A stretch of 58,059 nt of DNA, filler included, from Jimgerdemannia flammicorona (GCA_003990765.1; 3 parts of 3 records of this genome joined end to end with filler, not necessarily neighbours in it); one strand, 5' to 3'; shown: positions 26,155 to 38,674, counted from the first letter of the whole stretch. Notes: a model not told the origin generated them from the sequence alone. A program made the numbers and translations.

Positions 26155-26636
26155 TGTGAAGAAGTGAAGAGTGGAGGATATATATATATATATATATATA
26201 TCACCCCTTCCTTTAAAAAATGCGCAATTTGGAAATTGGTGAATGGAGCACGTAATGTACTTAATTCCAATTATCAGACAAATACTAGATATCATAAATG
26301 AGAACAATCCATTCGTTTTGCGATCATCGTCGAGTCTGCAGAAATCTTCGGATGAAACATATCCGATCTTGATAGTGTTGCTTTCATTCCATCCCAAACC
26401 TAATCGCGACACAAAAAAAAAAGAGGCGTAGACAATATCAATCATGCTTCATGCACAACTTACCATACCCAGCCGGCCAGTTATGAACGGACGCTGACCA
26501 GCCCACGACCAATGCTACAGTAAAGCCAACGTCCGCCTCCTATGGCACATGCGATCGAGCAATCAATTCTAAGAAAAACATTCACGCCCGCCATAAGGAA
26601 GCGGGTTTATTCCACTCAATCTACGACAAGATAAAT

Positions 26637-26875
26637 AAAAAGAATTGGCGTGCTGACGGAAGCCGGCGTTGAACGAGCTTGGGATTGGGAGCGTGTGCCT
26701 GCAACCTGTCGACGCACGGCACCCACCTGCGGACAGAACTAGTCTGTGAGCCTTCAGCAAGCTCGTCAAATCTCTGCAAAGATGTCTGATACAGACACCC
26801 CACGAGAGTTGTGTCGGATCAGGAGCACGGGTGGGAATCTAACCTACTCGGCGCCCCGATGGTAGATCGTGAGTT
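26637..26875 (-). ncRNA. Candidate structured non-coding RNA, Pol III-like, family unassigned
   Basis: TATA at 26901-26907 about 30 nt upstream and a T5 run (26637-26641) downstream. A-box- and B-box-like motifs. Several complementary segments whose G-U pairs work on the minus strand. Confidence 0.55.
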
Positions 26876-27269
26876 GGTCGGTGGTAACAATGCGTGGTGG
26901 TATATAACGCTCGTGGTGGTACCCACGATTCATGCGCAAAGCGTGTTACTGCGATCAGGAAAGACGGGTATAGTATTTCAAATAGATAGAGGGTGATTCT
27001 TCCTAGTCGATCCGTTCGAAGAGAAAAACCTCAAGATATGCCAGCATACAAGTCGAATAGTAATATCCTCTCTCAAGTTGCGGCTTGGATTTGCCCGGCC
27101 AATGGTTTCAAACTCTGCATCCAATTAGTCGCTGCGAACATGTTCGGAGTTGGGTCTTCGAGGCAGAGGGATTATCAACTAGCATGGTTTTTATTGCATT
27201 CCCCCGAACCTAAGATATATACACCTAATCCATCGACTCTTATCCTCCTCCCCCTCACCCCACTCTACC

Positions 27270-29293
27270 TCATTCCGCGAGCTCCAAATGCCCCTTCACC
27301 GCGCTGCCGACGCCCACGCGATCGATCAAGAATGTATCATGCCCGTACATAGAATCGAGTTCATAATACGTAATAGCCTTATTCCCACTCCTCTTCAAAC
27401 ACTCGGAAATCTCCTTTTGCTGCCAGGACGGGAACAATATATCCGATTGCACGCCCAACACCAGCGCCGGCATTTGAATCCCACGCATGCCTTCCACTAA
27501 ATCCTCTAAATCAGGCGTAGCGGACGCAGCAAGATGCGGCCTCTCATGCTTAGCTCCAGGCTCGAGGGCGGATCTGGGTGTGACGAGGTTACACTGCTGG
27601 GCGATCCTACTCTTGTCCTCGTGGCAGCGGATGAAGTCGAGTTTGGGCGCGTTGAGGACGCGCTTAGCCAGTAGCTCCTGCTGTGCGGAGGCGGACATGT
27701 CGAAGAGGTCCATAGCCTTGCTGATGTAGAGTAGGGAATTGGCATCGTACTGCTGGCAAAAGCGCTCGCCTTGGTGGTCCAGGTAGGTTTCGATGAGGAA
27801 GTCTGGGCAAAGGGAGGGGGAGGAGTTTGAGGCCCGTTTGCGACCAAAGCGGAGCTCCCATTCGGGACCTGAGCGGTAGCTGGAGAGAAAGAGTTGGTTA
27901 CCAGATGCCGGTCGTAAAAGACGGGGAGTGAGAATGGTTATCTATGCGAACAAGAAGGTAAAATAGGCCAAGTCCAGTAGACGTACGTGATGGTGGCGAT
28001 TTCGCGAGCAAGCTAGGAGTGAAAAATATGCAAGGGAAAGTGATTCACCGTCAGCAAAGAAGGCCCGAAAACAAGCCATTCTAACTCTTACACGCATACA
28101 AAGCCCGCAAAATTTCACACCTTCATCCCCACATGCGGATGCACTCCGCCGTAATAGAAACCCCTGTTCCAGTGTGGGTCAGACATGAGTACTGTTGATA
28201 ATATTGAGCATAGGTAAATGGTCAAACATCGGACAAGAAAGCGAGCGAGGCCAAGAATTATAAGAATCACATCCCACAACGAGAGCCTGTGCTCGTCAAG
28301 TAAAGATCATGATGCCCTACCCTGCCTCTGCGTATGTCTCAGCGCGATGGAGTAGGGGTGTGAGCGCGCGCAGGCCGAGATGGAGACGACGCGGTCAATG
28401 CGGTCCGGGAAAAGGGCCGCGGCGGCGAGGGACTTTGTTTTAGATACAAGGAAAACGATTGAAATTTACAATGAAGCATGACGCTACATGATTTTCATGA
28501 TTTCTAACCCCACCGTACCAACAAAGATAATAGTACCCTCCCTTGGTAGAAGGCAGTTAACAAAAACCACCATCCCATCCGATTGCGAACCCACCTGCAT
28601 CCCGCCCATGCTGCTCCCCACACTCGCATGCAGTTTCTGTATGCCCATACTATCCAACATGATGAACTGCGCCCTGACCATATCCCACACAGTGAGAACG
28701 GGGAACCTCGTAGCATACTTCTCGCCATCCGCAGGATCGACGCTGGACGGCCCCGTGGATCCATAGCATCCTCCCAAGATGTTCGTGCAAATCACATAGA
28801 ACTTATCCGTGTCGATGTACAACCCTGGCCCGATAAAGGTCTCCCACCATCCAGGAGTGGGGTTGAGCGGGTGTGACTTTGCGTGGGATGACCCGGAGAG
28901 GCCGGTGTGAATGAGGATGGCGTTGGATTTGACGTCGTTGAGAGTGCCCCATGTTTCATAGGCGAGGGAGATGGAGGGGAGGATGCCGCCATGATCGCAG
29001 AGGAAGGGGGACGGGGAATGAAAGGTAGAGTAACCGGTGACAATGCGGTCATAGGCCGGCTCAGGGCCGCCATCGAGAGAGCGGGTCAGGTCTTCGAGCT
29101 TGTCAAGGCATGGGAAGGATAGGGGCGGGTTGGAGCTTTGGAGGGCGTTGGCTGTGTCGGGTTTGGGTGGGGTAGCGTGGATGGCTCTCGATAGTGCTGG
29201 TAACGAAATGCGTGCGGCTCTTGCGACAGACAAGCTGACTGGGGGGCTTTTTGGCAGTGTCCGCAGTAGCCGGGCTGCTGTCAAGAAGGACAT
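27270..29293 (-). CDS. cys2: MetX-family serine O-succinyl/acetyltransferase (Cys2/CysA-like), probably mitochondrial, 5 exons
   Basis: Arg/Ser-rich presequence. [10 protein letters not shown] (serine-type rather than HALSG homoserine-type), [17 protein letters not shown] nucleophile and YGHDTFL catalytic His. Exons ~29293-28595, 28433-28321, 28192-28121, 28013-27988, 27879-27270. Confidence 0.85.
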
Positions 29294-29393
29294 TGCTCAG
29301 GGGGAGTAGGGAGTGGGAAAGGGTGTTCAGCACGTCGCGGATGGAAATGCTATTTTATCTAAGCCACCTCCTCGACACCCCTCGCCCACCAAC

Positions 29394-31604
29394 ATGCTCT
29401 TCGAAGTCGACTGGAACATTGGCACCTTCGTGCCCGACAAGCCTCCCCAACAACCCAGGAGTCAAAAGAATAAGAGCGACGCAACCGAAGCGAGAACCGC
29501 TCGCCCCCTAGCCGGCAAGCCCGCACCCGCGCCCTCTCCACACCGGGGACAACAGCAACAAAAGCGCAAACGGAGTCAGCCCGAGCCGCCACCCGGCGCC
29601 ACGGAGGACGGCGACGCGGGGGCCAAGAAGTCGAAGCGACACAAGAAGGACAGGAAACCCGAACAGCCTGTGGCTGAGGTCATTAAGGACACGCCAAGGT
29701 TTGCGTCGGTGCTGACGGCGCCGGAGGACGAGCGTGGTTCGGGAGCAGCGGTGGCGGGGTTGCAGCCAGTGAGAGAAAAGAAGGAACGTCGAGACGAGGC
29801 GCCGAAGAAAACCGATGGTAAGAAACAGAAGCAGGGTAAGAAGGATGTCGAAGACGCGGTTATAGTTCAAGACGCGACGCCAAAGCGAGTTGGTAACAAG
29901 AAACGGAAGAAGGGTAAAAAAGACATTGTCGCTACCGCCGACACGACCGCTTCACCTGTTGCAATCTTCGAAGCGGCGACGGAGCAGATTGGTACCAAGA
30001 GGCAGAAGGACAATAAAAGAGCCGCCGCTGACGTGACCAGTACCCCCGTAGCAGCTCGTGAAGCGAAAGCCGCGGCGGCACAACCTGGCGCCTCAAATGG
30101 CACATCGCAAGATCAGCCCTCCGCGCATAAAAAATTGTCCAAGAGGGAGAAACAAAAGTTGAAGGCTGTACGTAGAACGCCTGCAATTCCATCATAACTT
30201 GTCTATTGGAATTGACTGAGAGGATGGCCATGTTGCAATCCTGCCTCGTGTTTCTCACTCCTCCGACTGCCCTTCTTTGTTCCACCAGGCCCTCGCACGA
30301 ACCTCGGCAGCAGAAGCAAAGCTGAAATTATCAACACACCAAATGGTAAGCGCAATTAGGCTCCTTATGTCATCCGGTCTACATCGTGTTTTATAGGCTC
30401 AAACTTCATCAACCATCAGCTTCAGCCATCCGCCACATCCGATATCAAAGACAAGCTCCTCGAGAAGGAGCCTTCGGGTTTGACCTCCCTACAGCAGCGG
30501 ATGCGCAAGAAACTCTCGGGTGCGCGGTTCCGGTGGCTGAACGAACAGCTGTACACCACCTCGGGAAACAAGTCGTTCGAGCTGTTCCGGGAGAAGCCCG
30601 AAATGTTTGAGGAGGTACGTCGTCCGTTCCAATCTGTCCCTTTCGTTCAAATTTCCACTCATCTTTCGAAACTCACCCTTACAGTATCACGCGGGCTTCC
30701 GCTCGCAAGTGAGTTCGTGGCCGACGAACCCGGTGGACGTGTTAATCGAGAATCTGCGCACCAAACCCACAGACACAACCATCGCGGACCTGGGGTGCGG
30801 CGATGCCAAGATCGCGAGTGTGCTCGCGAAGCATAAGGTGCTCAGCTTCGACCTTGTGGCTAGGAATGACAAGGTCGTTGCGTGCGATATCGCCAAGGTA
30901 CGTGGAATGCGAGCGTACAGGATGCAGGTTTCTTTGTCTTTGTATGGATCAACGATCGGGTTGTTCTTGTTCTTTCTAACATGTTTATACATATTGGCAT
31001 TCTCACACAGGTGCCCCTCCCCCCGAAGTTTGTCGACGTCGCCGTCTTTTGCCTGTCACTGATGGGAACCAATTACATTGATTTCCTCACTGAGGCTTCC
31101 CGGATACTGAAGCCGAAGTGAGGCACAACCATTATTTTCATGTCCTTTCATTCGCATTCTCTTGGTTGTGCGAGAACAATTCCTGATCATATGTGCTTTC
31201 ATTGCACCATATAGCGGCGAGCTCAAGATCGCCGAAGTTGTAAGCCGGTTCTCGGACGTGGACGCCTTCGTCGATGTCCTCTCAGCAATCGGGTTTGATC
31301 TCGTGTCCAAGGTGAGTTTCCGACGTTTCTGCCGCTCATAACCCGGTCACTTTCCTATACAACCCAATTGCCGTCCCAAATGACGCATATCTGACCTCCC
31401 TCGCGTGCCATGCAACCCTTTTAGGACGACTCTAATACTATGTTCATCTTGTTCGATTTCGTCAAGCGCGCTGGCGCGGATGGCGATGGCTCGAAGAAGC
31501 ACGGGGACGGGAAGGGGAAAGGCGGGGCGGCGGGCGGGACCTTGCCGCAGGCGCTGCGAAAGGCAGAAGAGCTGCTGAAACCATGCTTGTATAAGAAGCG
31601 ATGA
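29394..31604 (+). CDS. RRP8: Ribosomal RNA-processing protein 8 (25S rRNA m1A methyltransferase), multi-exon
   Basis: Lys-rich N-terminus, then [64 protein letters not shown] and C-terminal LKPCLYKKR*. Confidence 0.93.
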
Positions 31605-31957
31605 TGTGGATGTGCGGGGTGGTAACGCCAGTGCTATGTAGAATACGTTTTGGACGTCTAATGCCTGTCATGTACATGTCCGCCCCGAGCGACGGCTAGT
31701 GCTAATAGTTTGTAGTTCAGATGTTTTGTGGTGGCGTCCGGGTAAAAGGTTGTGGCGCACGAGGAATAGATACGTTTTGGAACGTCAATGGTTTGTGATG
31801 GGGTGTGGGGACATCTGGGGAGATAGACGGCGAGGAATGAAATATTTGTATCGGTGATCTGATTTGGTTGAAGCGATTGCATCCTCTTTTTTTTTTTCGC
31901 ATGGTATGTAATTATGGATGTTTTATCATGCATGAATACTCTCTCGATGTAATTATG

Positions 31958-32249
31958 TCTATAAAGTGGCTAAAGTGAACATCCGTGTGTACCCAATAGA
32001 AAGTCAACCCCAAATGAGACGGATTTATGTCATGCCCAGAAAGTCAATTTATCTATCGACGTCGTAGCAAAACCATTTCGCTAGCCTTGTTTTTATTTGT
32101 TTTTCTATAAAGTGGCTAAAGTGAACATCCGTGTGTACCCAATAGAAAGTCAACCCCAAATGGGGCGGATTTATGTCACGCCCAGAAAGCCAATTTATCT
32201 ATCGATGTCGTAGCAAAACCATTTCGCTAGCCTTGTTTTTATTTGTGTT
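31958..32249 (+). repeat. ~146-bp tandem duplication upstream of trehalase
   Basis: TCTATAAAGTGGCTAAAGTGAACATCCGTGTGTACCC at 31958 and 32104, near-identical over the unit. Confidence 0.9.
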
Positions 32250-32319
32250 TTGTGGAACAGTCCGCGCTAGTTCTAGTTCGGACTCAAAACCGGTCTTTTC
32301 TTGGGCGCCACAGAGCATG

Positions 32320-32445
32320 GAATCCAGTATAAAAGCACCCACCGTTTCTTCACTCCTACATCACCCCTCATCCAAATCAATTGAATCCAGTATAAAAGCA
32401 CCCACCGTTTCCTCTTTAGCACATCACCCCTACATCACCCCTCAT
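32320..32445 (+). promoter_or_regulatory. Duplicated (63-bp period) TATA-containing core promoter of trehalase
   Basis: GAATCCAGTATAAAAGCACCCACCGTTTC at ~32320 and ~32383, upstream of ATG 32466. Confidence 0.6.
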
Positions 32446-32465
32446 CCAATCAATTATTTGCCATC

Positions 32466-32712
32466 ATGAAATCCATCACCTCCCTGTCCATCCTCGGCGG
32501 CCTCCTGTTTAACATCCTCTGCGTCAAAGCCGACGGGGCGGTTCCGAATCCATCATGCGATTCGCCAATTTACTGCCCTGGCCCATTGCTCCACACCATC
32601 CAGCTCGCCCAATTGTATCCGGACTCGAAGACGTTCGTGGATAAGGCAAGCGAAGCCATTTTCCTTTCTCCCACATTTCTGAGATCCATCCACATTCTTC
32701 TCACCCCGATAT

Positions 32713-32754
<42 letters not shown>

Positions 32755-35007
32755 AGCCGACCTCCAAACCCCTCTCGGAGGTCCTCGCGGCCTTCGCCGC
32801 CCTCCCTGCCAACGCGACGTCCGAACAACTCCAGTCTTTCGTCAATAGCACCTTCCTCCTTGAGGGACAAGAGCTTGTGCCAGCCGAGCTGACGGATTTC
32901 GTGGCCAACCCGCAATTCCTGACCAACATCAGCGATAAGTTCCTGTTGGGATGGGCGAGTGAGGTGCACGGGTACTGGCCGAACCTGACGCGGAAGGTGG
33001 ACGAGACGTTCCTATGCGAGGGGTGCGTGACCAGCCTGCTGTCCCTGAACAGGAGCTTCGTGGTGCCCGGGGGGAGATTCAGGGAGATTTATTATTGGTA
33101 GGTTGTGGTTGGGTTTGGTATAGGACCCGAGAGGTAAGCTTCTGTTATGACATCAGGTGTTGATTCAGCCGAGCTTTTGTGGATTTTTTAGGGATAGCTT
33201 TTTTGTCATCGAGGGTCTGCTTCTAAGCGAGCTGTACGAGACATCAAAGAACATGATTTTGAACTTTTTGGATTTTGTCGACAAGTACGGTTTCGTGCGT
33301 GAGTTACCCAATTTTGCTTCTCAGTCTCAATCTCTCGACGAATCCACACAAACCACCATCAACTCAACACATCCTTGTTCAAATGTCCTTAGCCAACGGC
33401 GCCCGCATCTACTACCTAAACCGCTCGCAACCGCCCTTCCTCGTGCAAATGGTGAAATCCTACTTCTTGCGCACACACGACACCGATCTCCTTACCCGAG
33501 CTCTCCCGACTCTCGACGCCGAATACGCCTTCTGGCAGCGCAATACGACTGTAGACGTATTCGACCCCTCCACAGGCCATTCCTACCGCCTGAATCGGTA
33601 CAACGTCGATAATGCCTCCCCACGTCCCGAATCCTACGTCGAGGACTACGCGACGGCGACGAACGGCACTAATCTGAACGCGACAGCGCAAGCGGAACTG
33701 TACGCGGACCTGGCGACGGGCGCCGAGACCGGGTGGGACTATTCGTCGCGGTGGATCTCCGAAGAAGTGGTTGCGTCGGCCGGGCAGGACGACCAGAGGC
33801 TATTGCGGGGACTGCGAACGCGGCAGATTGTGCCAGTAGACCTGAATTCGATATTGTACGCAAACGAGGTGGCGATGGCCGAGTTTCATGCCGTAGAGGG
33901 GTCCGGCGGAGACCTGGGGAGGAGCCAGTGGTATAAAAGGCAGGCGAAGGAGAGGGTAGAGGCAATGGGAGAAGTGTTGTGGGATGAGAAAGCTGGAGGA
34001 TTCTTTGATTGGGATATGGGGAAGGGAGGGAGGAGGACAGCGTTTACTGTGTCGAATTATTTCCCGTTCTGGTGAGTGCAGTGCTAGGGATGGAGTACGT
34101 GCATGAATGCTCTGCAGAGGTTGGTTATTGAGATGACGGTTTTGTAATTTGCACCAGGGCCGACGCCATACCCGAGAAGATCGCATCCAACCCAGAAAAG
34201 CTGACCAACACATTTGCCGACATCGACCGCCTCCTTCAAGAATACCCCGGCCTGATCCCCACCACCGTGGTGAACACAGGCCTACAATGGGACCTTCCTA
34301 ATGGTTGGGTAAGCATTTGCCATTTACCTCTTTATTTTCATTTCTTCATTCTTGTAAGTTTGAGTCGAATCCGCGTTCAATATATGTATATATTTACATC
34401 TGCTCTAATCACCACCGCCTCCCGCCTACCCAGCCCCCGCTCCAATACATCCTCGTCAAAGCGCTCACCCACACCGGCCGCCTCCTCGAGGGCCTGGCGC
34501 CTGCTCAAGCCAACTCCACCACGTTCGTGACTCTCGCCCAACACCTCCTTTCCACGGCCCACGAGGTTGCGCAGCGGTTTGTGTCGTCGGCGTTTTGCGC
34601 ATGGGTCCAGACCGGAGGTGAGAACCTCGTTTTTTCATCGTAGGGCTTTTTTTCTAAACGATCGACAAGTCACACGTACTCATTGTCGGATGTCACCAGG
34701 CTCCATCCCGGACATCCTTCCCGAGCGTGTGGGCGCGACAGACGCGGGCCACATGTTCGAAAAGTATAACGTCTCGAATGTGGGCCTTCCCGGCGGAGGC
34801 GGCGAGGTAAATACGCTTCCACTATTCGCTCTCATTTTTACTGCCATGCGGCCCAACATCTGACACCGTCCTCCATCCTTTCCCTGGTAACAGTATACTG
34901 TGCAGGCGGGCTTCGGCTGGACCAACGGCGTAACTCTGTGGACGTTGAACGAGTATGGCGCGACGCTCGTGGCGCCCGCGGCGTGTACGAACGCGAGTGC
35001 GCACTAG
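32466..35007 (+). CDS. Secreted alpha,alpha-trehalase (GH37), multi-exon
   Basis: Signal-peptide-like N-terminus. Motifs CDSPIYC.G, DSKTFVD, VPGGRFREIYYWDS, YYLNRSQPP, PRPESY.ED, AETGWDYSSRW, PVDLNS, QWD.PNGW.P, MFEKYN, GGGGEY.VQ.GFGWTNG. Confidence 0.93.
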
Positions 35008-35494
35008 GCGGTGATTGGTACAGTTCTGATGGGGTGGGACGAGTAATATTTCATCTATAAAGTATTATATGTACAATGTTGATGAATAATTTGATAATTG
35101 TCCCTGGACTCAGCGCATATCGCGAATACACCACTCCAACCCTGCATCGCACTACCGAGTGGGCAAACGCGTGCCTCTGTTTGAAGATGCGATGTGACTG
35201 TAAAATTAGCGCATCTGAACTACGTATATATATATAATTACGTGGGGAACACAGGGCCATTAACGCACCTGTCGTACACACGACCACCACGCCATAATCC
35301 CGACATCCAGTCATCCAGTTGTGCATTCATTGCCGAAATCACCCCCGTGCGACTTGGCCATCGGCTCCACGGATGCACGCACGAATTGACTCATCTCTTG
35401 CCAATGCTAGCCCGCGTTCAGTTGGTAGGACCCAGCGGCTGTCGTGCCATTCGTCATAGCCTGCAGGCTCGTCAACGTTAAATAGAGTTGAGGG

Positions 35495-35577
<83 letters not shown>

Positions 35578-35925
35578 GCTAAAACCGTTCGTTTGCAGAC
35601 AAGATTGTCCTTGTGTATGGAAACCCGGGGCATTCACACACTATACAAGACCCCGGAAATAATATTATGTGGACGAATGCTAATCAGATGTGATGTATAT
35701 GATGGCAATTAAGGACGCTTGGATCCAGCAAGCGATGGGGAAAGAAGAAAAAGAAAATGCATTGGAGAGGCCATTGAGGTCTCGGCGGACATGATGGTGT
35801 AAGATATTACAGGAGAATTGGGACAGAGAAGATCAAAGAATAATTAGATCGACATACTCCAAGCAATAACAATCTAATGTTCGATCAAATAAACCGCTTA
35901 ACCACCCTCCCGTATTCCCATCAAC

Positions 35926-36786
35926 CTATCCCCTCAGCAAGAAGCTTCCTCTCCGCCGCAGCTTACGCCTAACCCACCCCAACGCTCTCTTCCACCTCCC
36001 TTGGCTCGGTTTCTCTCGCGGCATCCCGACCGACATCTCCTGCAAACTATCCATCTCGTCTGAATCGATCTGTATCTCCCACGGCGGCGTGTGCATCTTA
36101 AACAGCATCTTCCCCGTCATGATCTCACAATCTGGCCCGAAACCCGCGAAGTTCCCGCTCATGCACAGGCACATGAAGGGGAACGTGGTACCCTCATCGT
36201 ACTTCCCAGACGACCTCGACAGCTCGAGGTCAAAGAATGCGTAGATTTCGTGTGCAGCGCCGCTGTCCTGCGGGTAGACCTTACGGATGCGGCCGCGGCC
36301 GGGACGGAAACAGGTGGAGAGACCACCCTGGGGGAGGACGGTGTTGTCGGCGTGGTTGTCCCACGATGCGCAGAGGCCAAACATCTTTCGGAGGGCCGGG
36401 GCCGGGAGCATAGTGAGTTCGTTGAGGTTGCGGCGGCTATGGAGGACGTGGGTGAGGGCGAGGCTGACCTCGCGGGAGAGCGTTGGTTCGACGGGGGGGT
36501 TGTGGGAGGTGTCGCTGCTGCCAGAGAGCCAGAGACATATGGTGCGGTAGTGTTCAAAGTGGTATTCGAGTATTGTCATCTCGTCTGCAGTGAGGGTGAA
36601 GGGACACTCTGGGAACCGGTGGTGATGGAGTTGAAACCAGCTGTGGGAGGTAGCGGGGGCGGAGGCGACGGAATAGCAGAAGCGTGAGGTGAGGGCCAGG
36701 GAGACAAAGTCGGATCGGTCGGAGAGGCAAAGGAACACGGGAGCGAGGAGCTCTGGCGGCAGGGCGTTGATGGTTGTAAAGGACAT
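35926..36786 (-). CDS. F-box domain protein (single exon)
   Basis: N-terminal INALPPELLAPVFLCLSDRSDFVSLALTSRFCY fits the F-box pattern. 286-aa ORF; C-terminal domain unrecognised. Confidence 0.7.
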   Translation of the reverse strand: MSFTTINALPPELLAPVFLCLSDRSDFVSLALTSRFCYSVASAPATSHSWFQLHHHRFPECPFTLTADEMTILEYHFEHYRTICLWLSGSSDTSHNPPVEPTLSREVSLALTHVLHSRRNLNELTMLPAPALRKMFGLCASWDNHADNTVLPQGGLSTCFRPGRGRIRKVYPQDSGAAHEIYAFFDLELSRSSGKYDEGTTFPFMCLCMSGNFAGFGPDCEIMTGKMLFKMHTPPWEIQIDSDEMDSLQEMSVGMPREKPSQGRWKRALGWVRRKLRRRGSFLLRG

Positions 36787-37749
36787 AACTGTGTGGATGT
36801 TGGTTTGTGGAGAAGGTGGGTGGATAGGCTTGTGTCTCCAAGCGTAGAGGTTTTGTTTCTATTCCTTTGGTTTACTTTGCCACTAACTAATAATAGCTGA
36901 TTAATTGCAAATATTGTGGTGTTCCTTGATCCAGGCACAGGTTCATGGGCAGCCGCCCTGTGTGAGACTGACCAACCCACAACAACCTCGGACGCCGTTT
37001 TAACCGAATGCGATCTTCCCGCTGCCGCACGGATCAACCCCTGAACAGGAAATCCAGCTGCATGTGCGGAAGCCGCATAAAGGGCCGACCCGTTCGTGTC
37101 AACCTCCACCCAGGGCTGTACGTCATATGGCGCCGTCAGCTCCCGATTGCGTACAAACAATTTAAACATTTGAAATTGGCGCGTGAGTCCCATTATCATG
37201 TGCACCTCAGCCTCATCGTGTTTTCTGGAAGATAGGACTGTTTGCTCTTTGCTCCCCACCCCCCTCTTCTCTCCCTCCAGAGGTCTAGATCCCCGATGGC
37301 GATAATCGTCGAGCTACATCGAACTGATCTCCGAACGACGTGATAACAAATGGCATGCATCGTCTTTTTTAAAAATTATTTTGCCGCCACGAAATTGCAT
37401 ATATACAAGGGTTTATTAACCCCTAGCGCATAAACATAAACACGCATGCACAACGACGATCGAATTTTATATCACAGACATACCGATATCGGGTCCCAAC
37501 ATTACAACGAGCAAGAGATGGATATTTGTAAGCGGAGGCTCAATCTGAAAATATTATTTTCCGGTTTCAGAATGGATGAAACCGTCGATCAGGAACAAAA
37601 CCAGCCGAGTCCTCTATTAATGCAATACATATGTTTGAAATGTAACATCCATGAAAAGACATGCAATTTAACTAAAACAGAATAAATTAATGAAATAGTT
37701 ACAAGAGAAGAAACATCTAAAAACCACAAGGTTCCCACCTCAAACGTCC

Positions 37750-38306
37750 CTAAACTTCAGCAGCCTCCTTTTCAACGGGCTTCCCACTGCCGCCCAACCT
37801 CTGCCCCTTGACAAATAGCAAGGCGAGGAACGACGCACCAGCGATGGGGATGCCAACACGGAAGGAGCTTTGCAGAGAAAGGACGTATGCGTGCACGACA
37901 TAGGGGATGACAGCGGGAGGTAGATGTGACTGAATGGAGGTAATGGACTGGGAAACGGCTAGGGTAACGTTGGGGGTCTAAAAGGTTGGAGAGAAGTTAG
38001 CGATAGTGGTTTTGGTTGGAATTGAGGCTTGCAGGGATGAGGAAATTCCTACCAGCAATTCCGGCGGGACGACGCTCATGACGTTCTTTGGGAGGGCGTT
38101 CTGGAGGACGGTCGAGTAGATGCAGATGCCAATGGCGCCTGTTTGGTACAAGACGTTGGTGTTAGACTAGATCTCAAGGTGATGGAAAGACAGTTGCGGT
38201 GTACGTACCTCCAATATTTTGAAAAAATTGCGTCAAAGCTGTAACAATCGCTACGTCTGCAGAAAATGACACTTGAGAATCTCATCACCACACATAAAAC
38301 ATTCCG

Positions 38307-38347
<41 letters not shown>

Positions 38348-38650
38348 ACCTACCTTCTCCCACTACAGCTCCCTGCGCCGCGAGTAGCATCATCTGGATC
38401 GTCATCCCCACGCCGGAGCCCACAAGGAAGACATAAGCGATCTCCATAGCGCGATTGGACTCCTCGCTCAGGGTGGACATCATGGCGACGCCGACAGTGA
38501 GAGTTGCGCTGCCGATCCACATGTAGGGCCTGTAGGAGCGAATGAACTTTGCGGTGGCACCGGTCAGGCCGGCGAAGGTGACAATGCCGACCATGAGTGG
38601 GGTGAGTTGTAGGCCCGACATGGTCGTACTGTTGTTACGGACCACTTGGA
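37750..38650 (-). CDS. MFS drug:H+ antiporter (DHA2-like), 3' part only; 5' part lost at the linker
   Basis: Hydrophobic TM segments (SGLQLTPLMVG..., FLVGSGVGMTIQMMLLAAQ, FFQNIGGAIGI, AYVLSLQ..FRVGIPIA). GT-AG introns. Stop at 37750-37752. Confidence 0.8.
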
Positions 38651-38674
38651 ACTTTTTTTTTTTTTTTTTTTTTT

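Noticed and set aside
26645..26860. Intron-containing tRNA, tRNA-Sec or telomerase RNA
   Set aside because: A- and B-box-like motifs exist, but there is no 7-bp acceptor stem or anticodon arm. The CTAACCTA template-like word is on the strand opposite to the one supported by TATA, terminator and G-U pairs.
35407..35712. Poly-Lys and poly-Phe ORFs
   Set aside because: These are translations of an 81-nt homopolymer with no other coding signal.
35823..35833. ACAGAGAAGAT, matching the U6 snRNA core
   Set aside because: The flanks lack the rest of U6 (TAGCATGGCCCC..., 5' stem); chance match.
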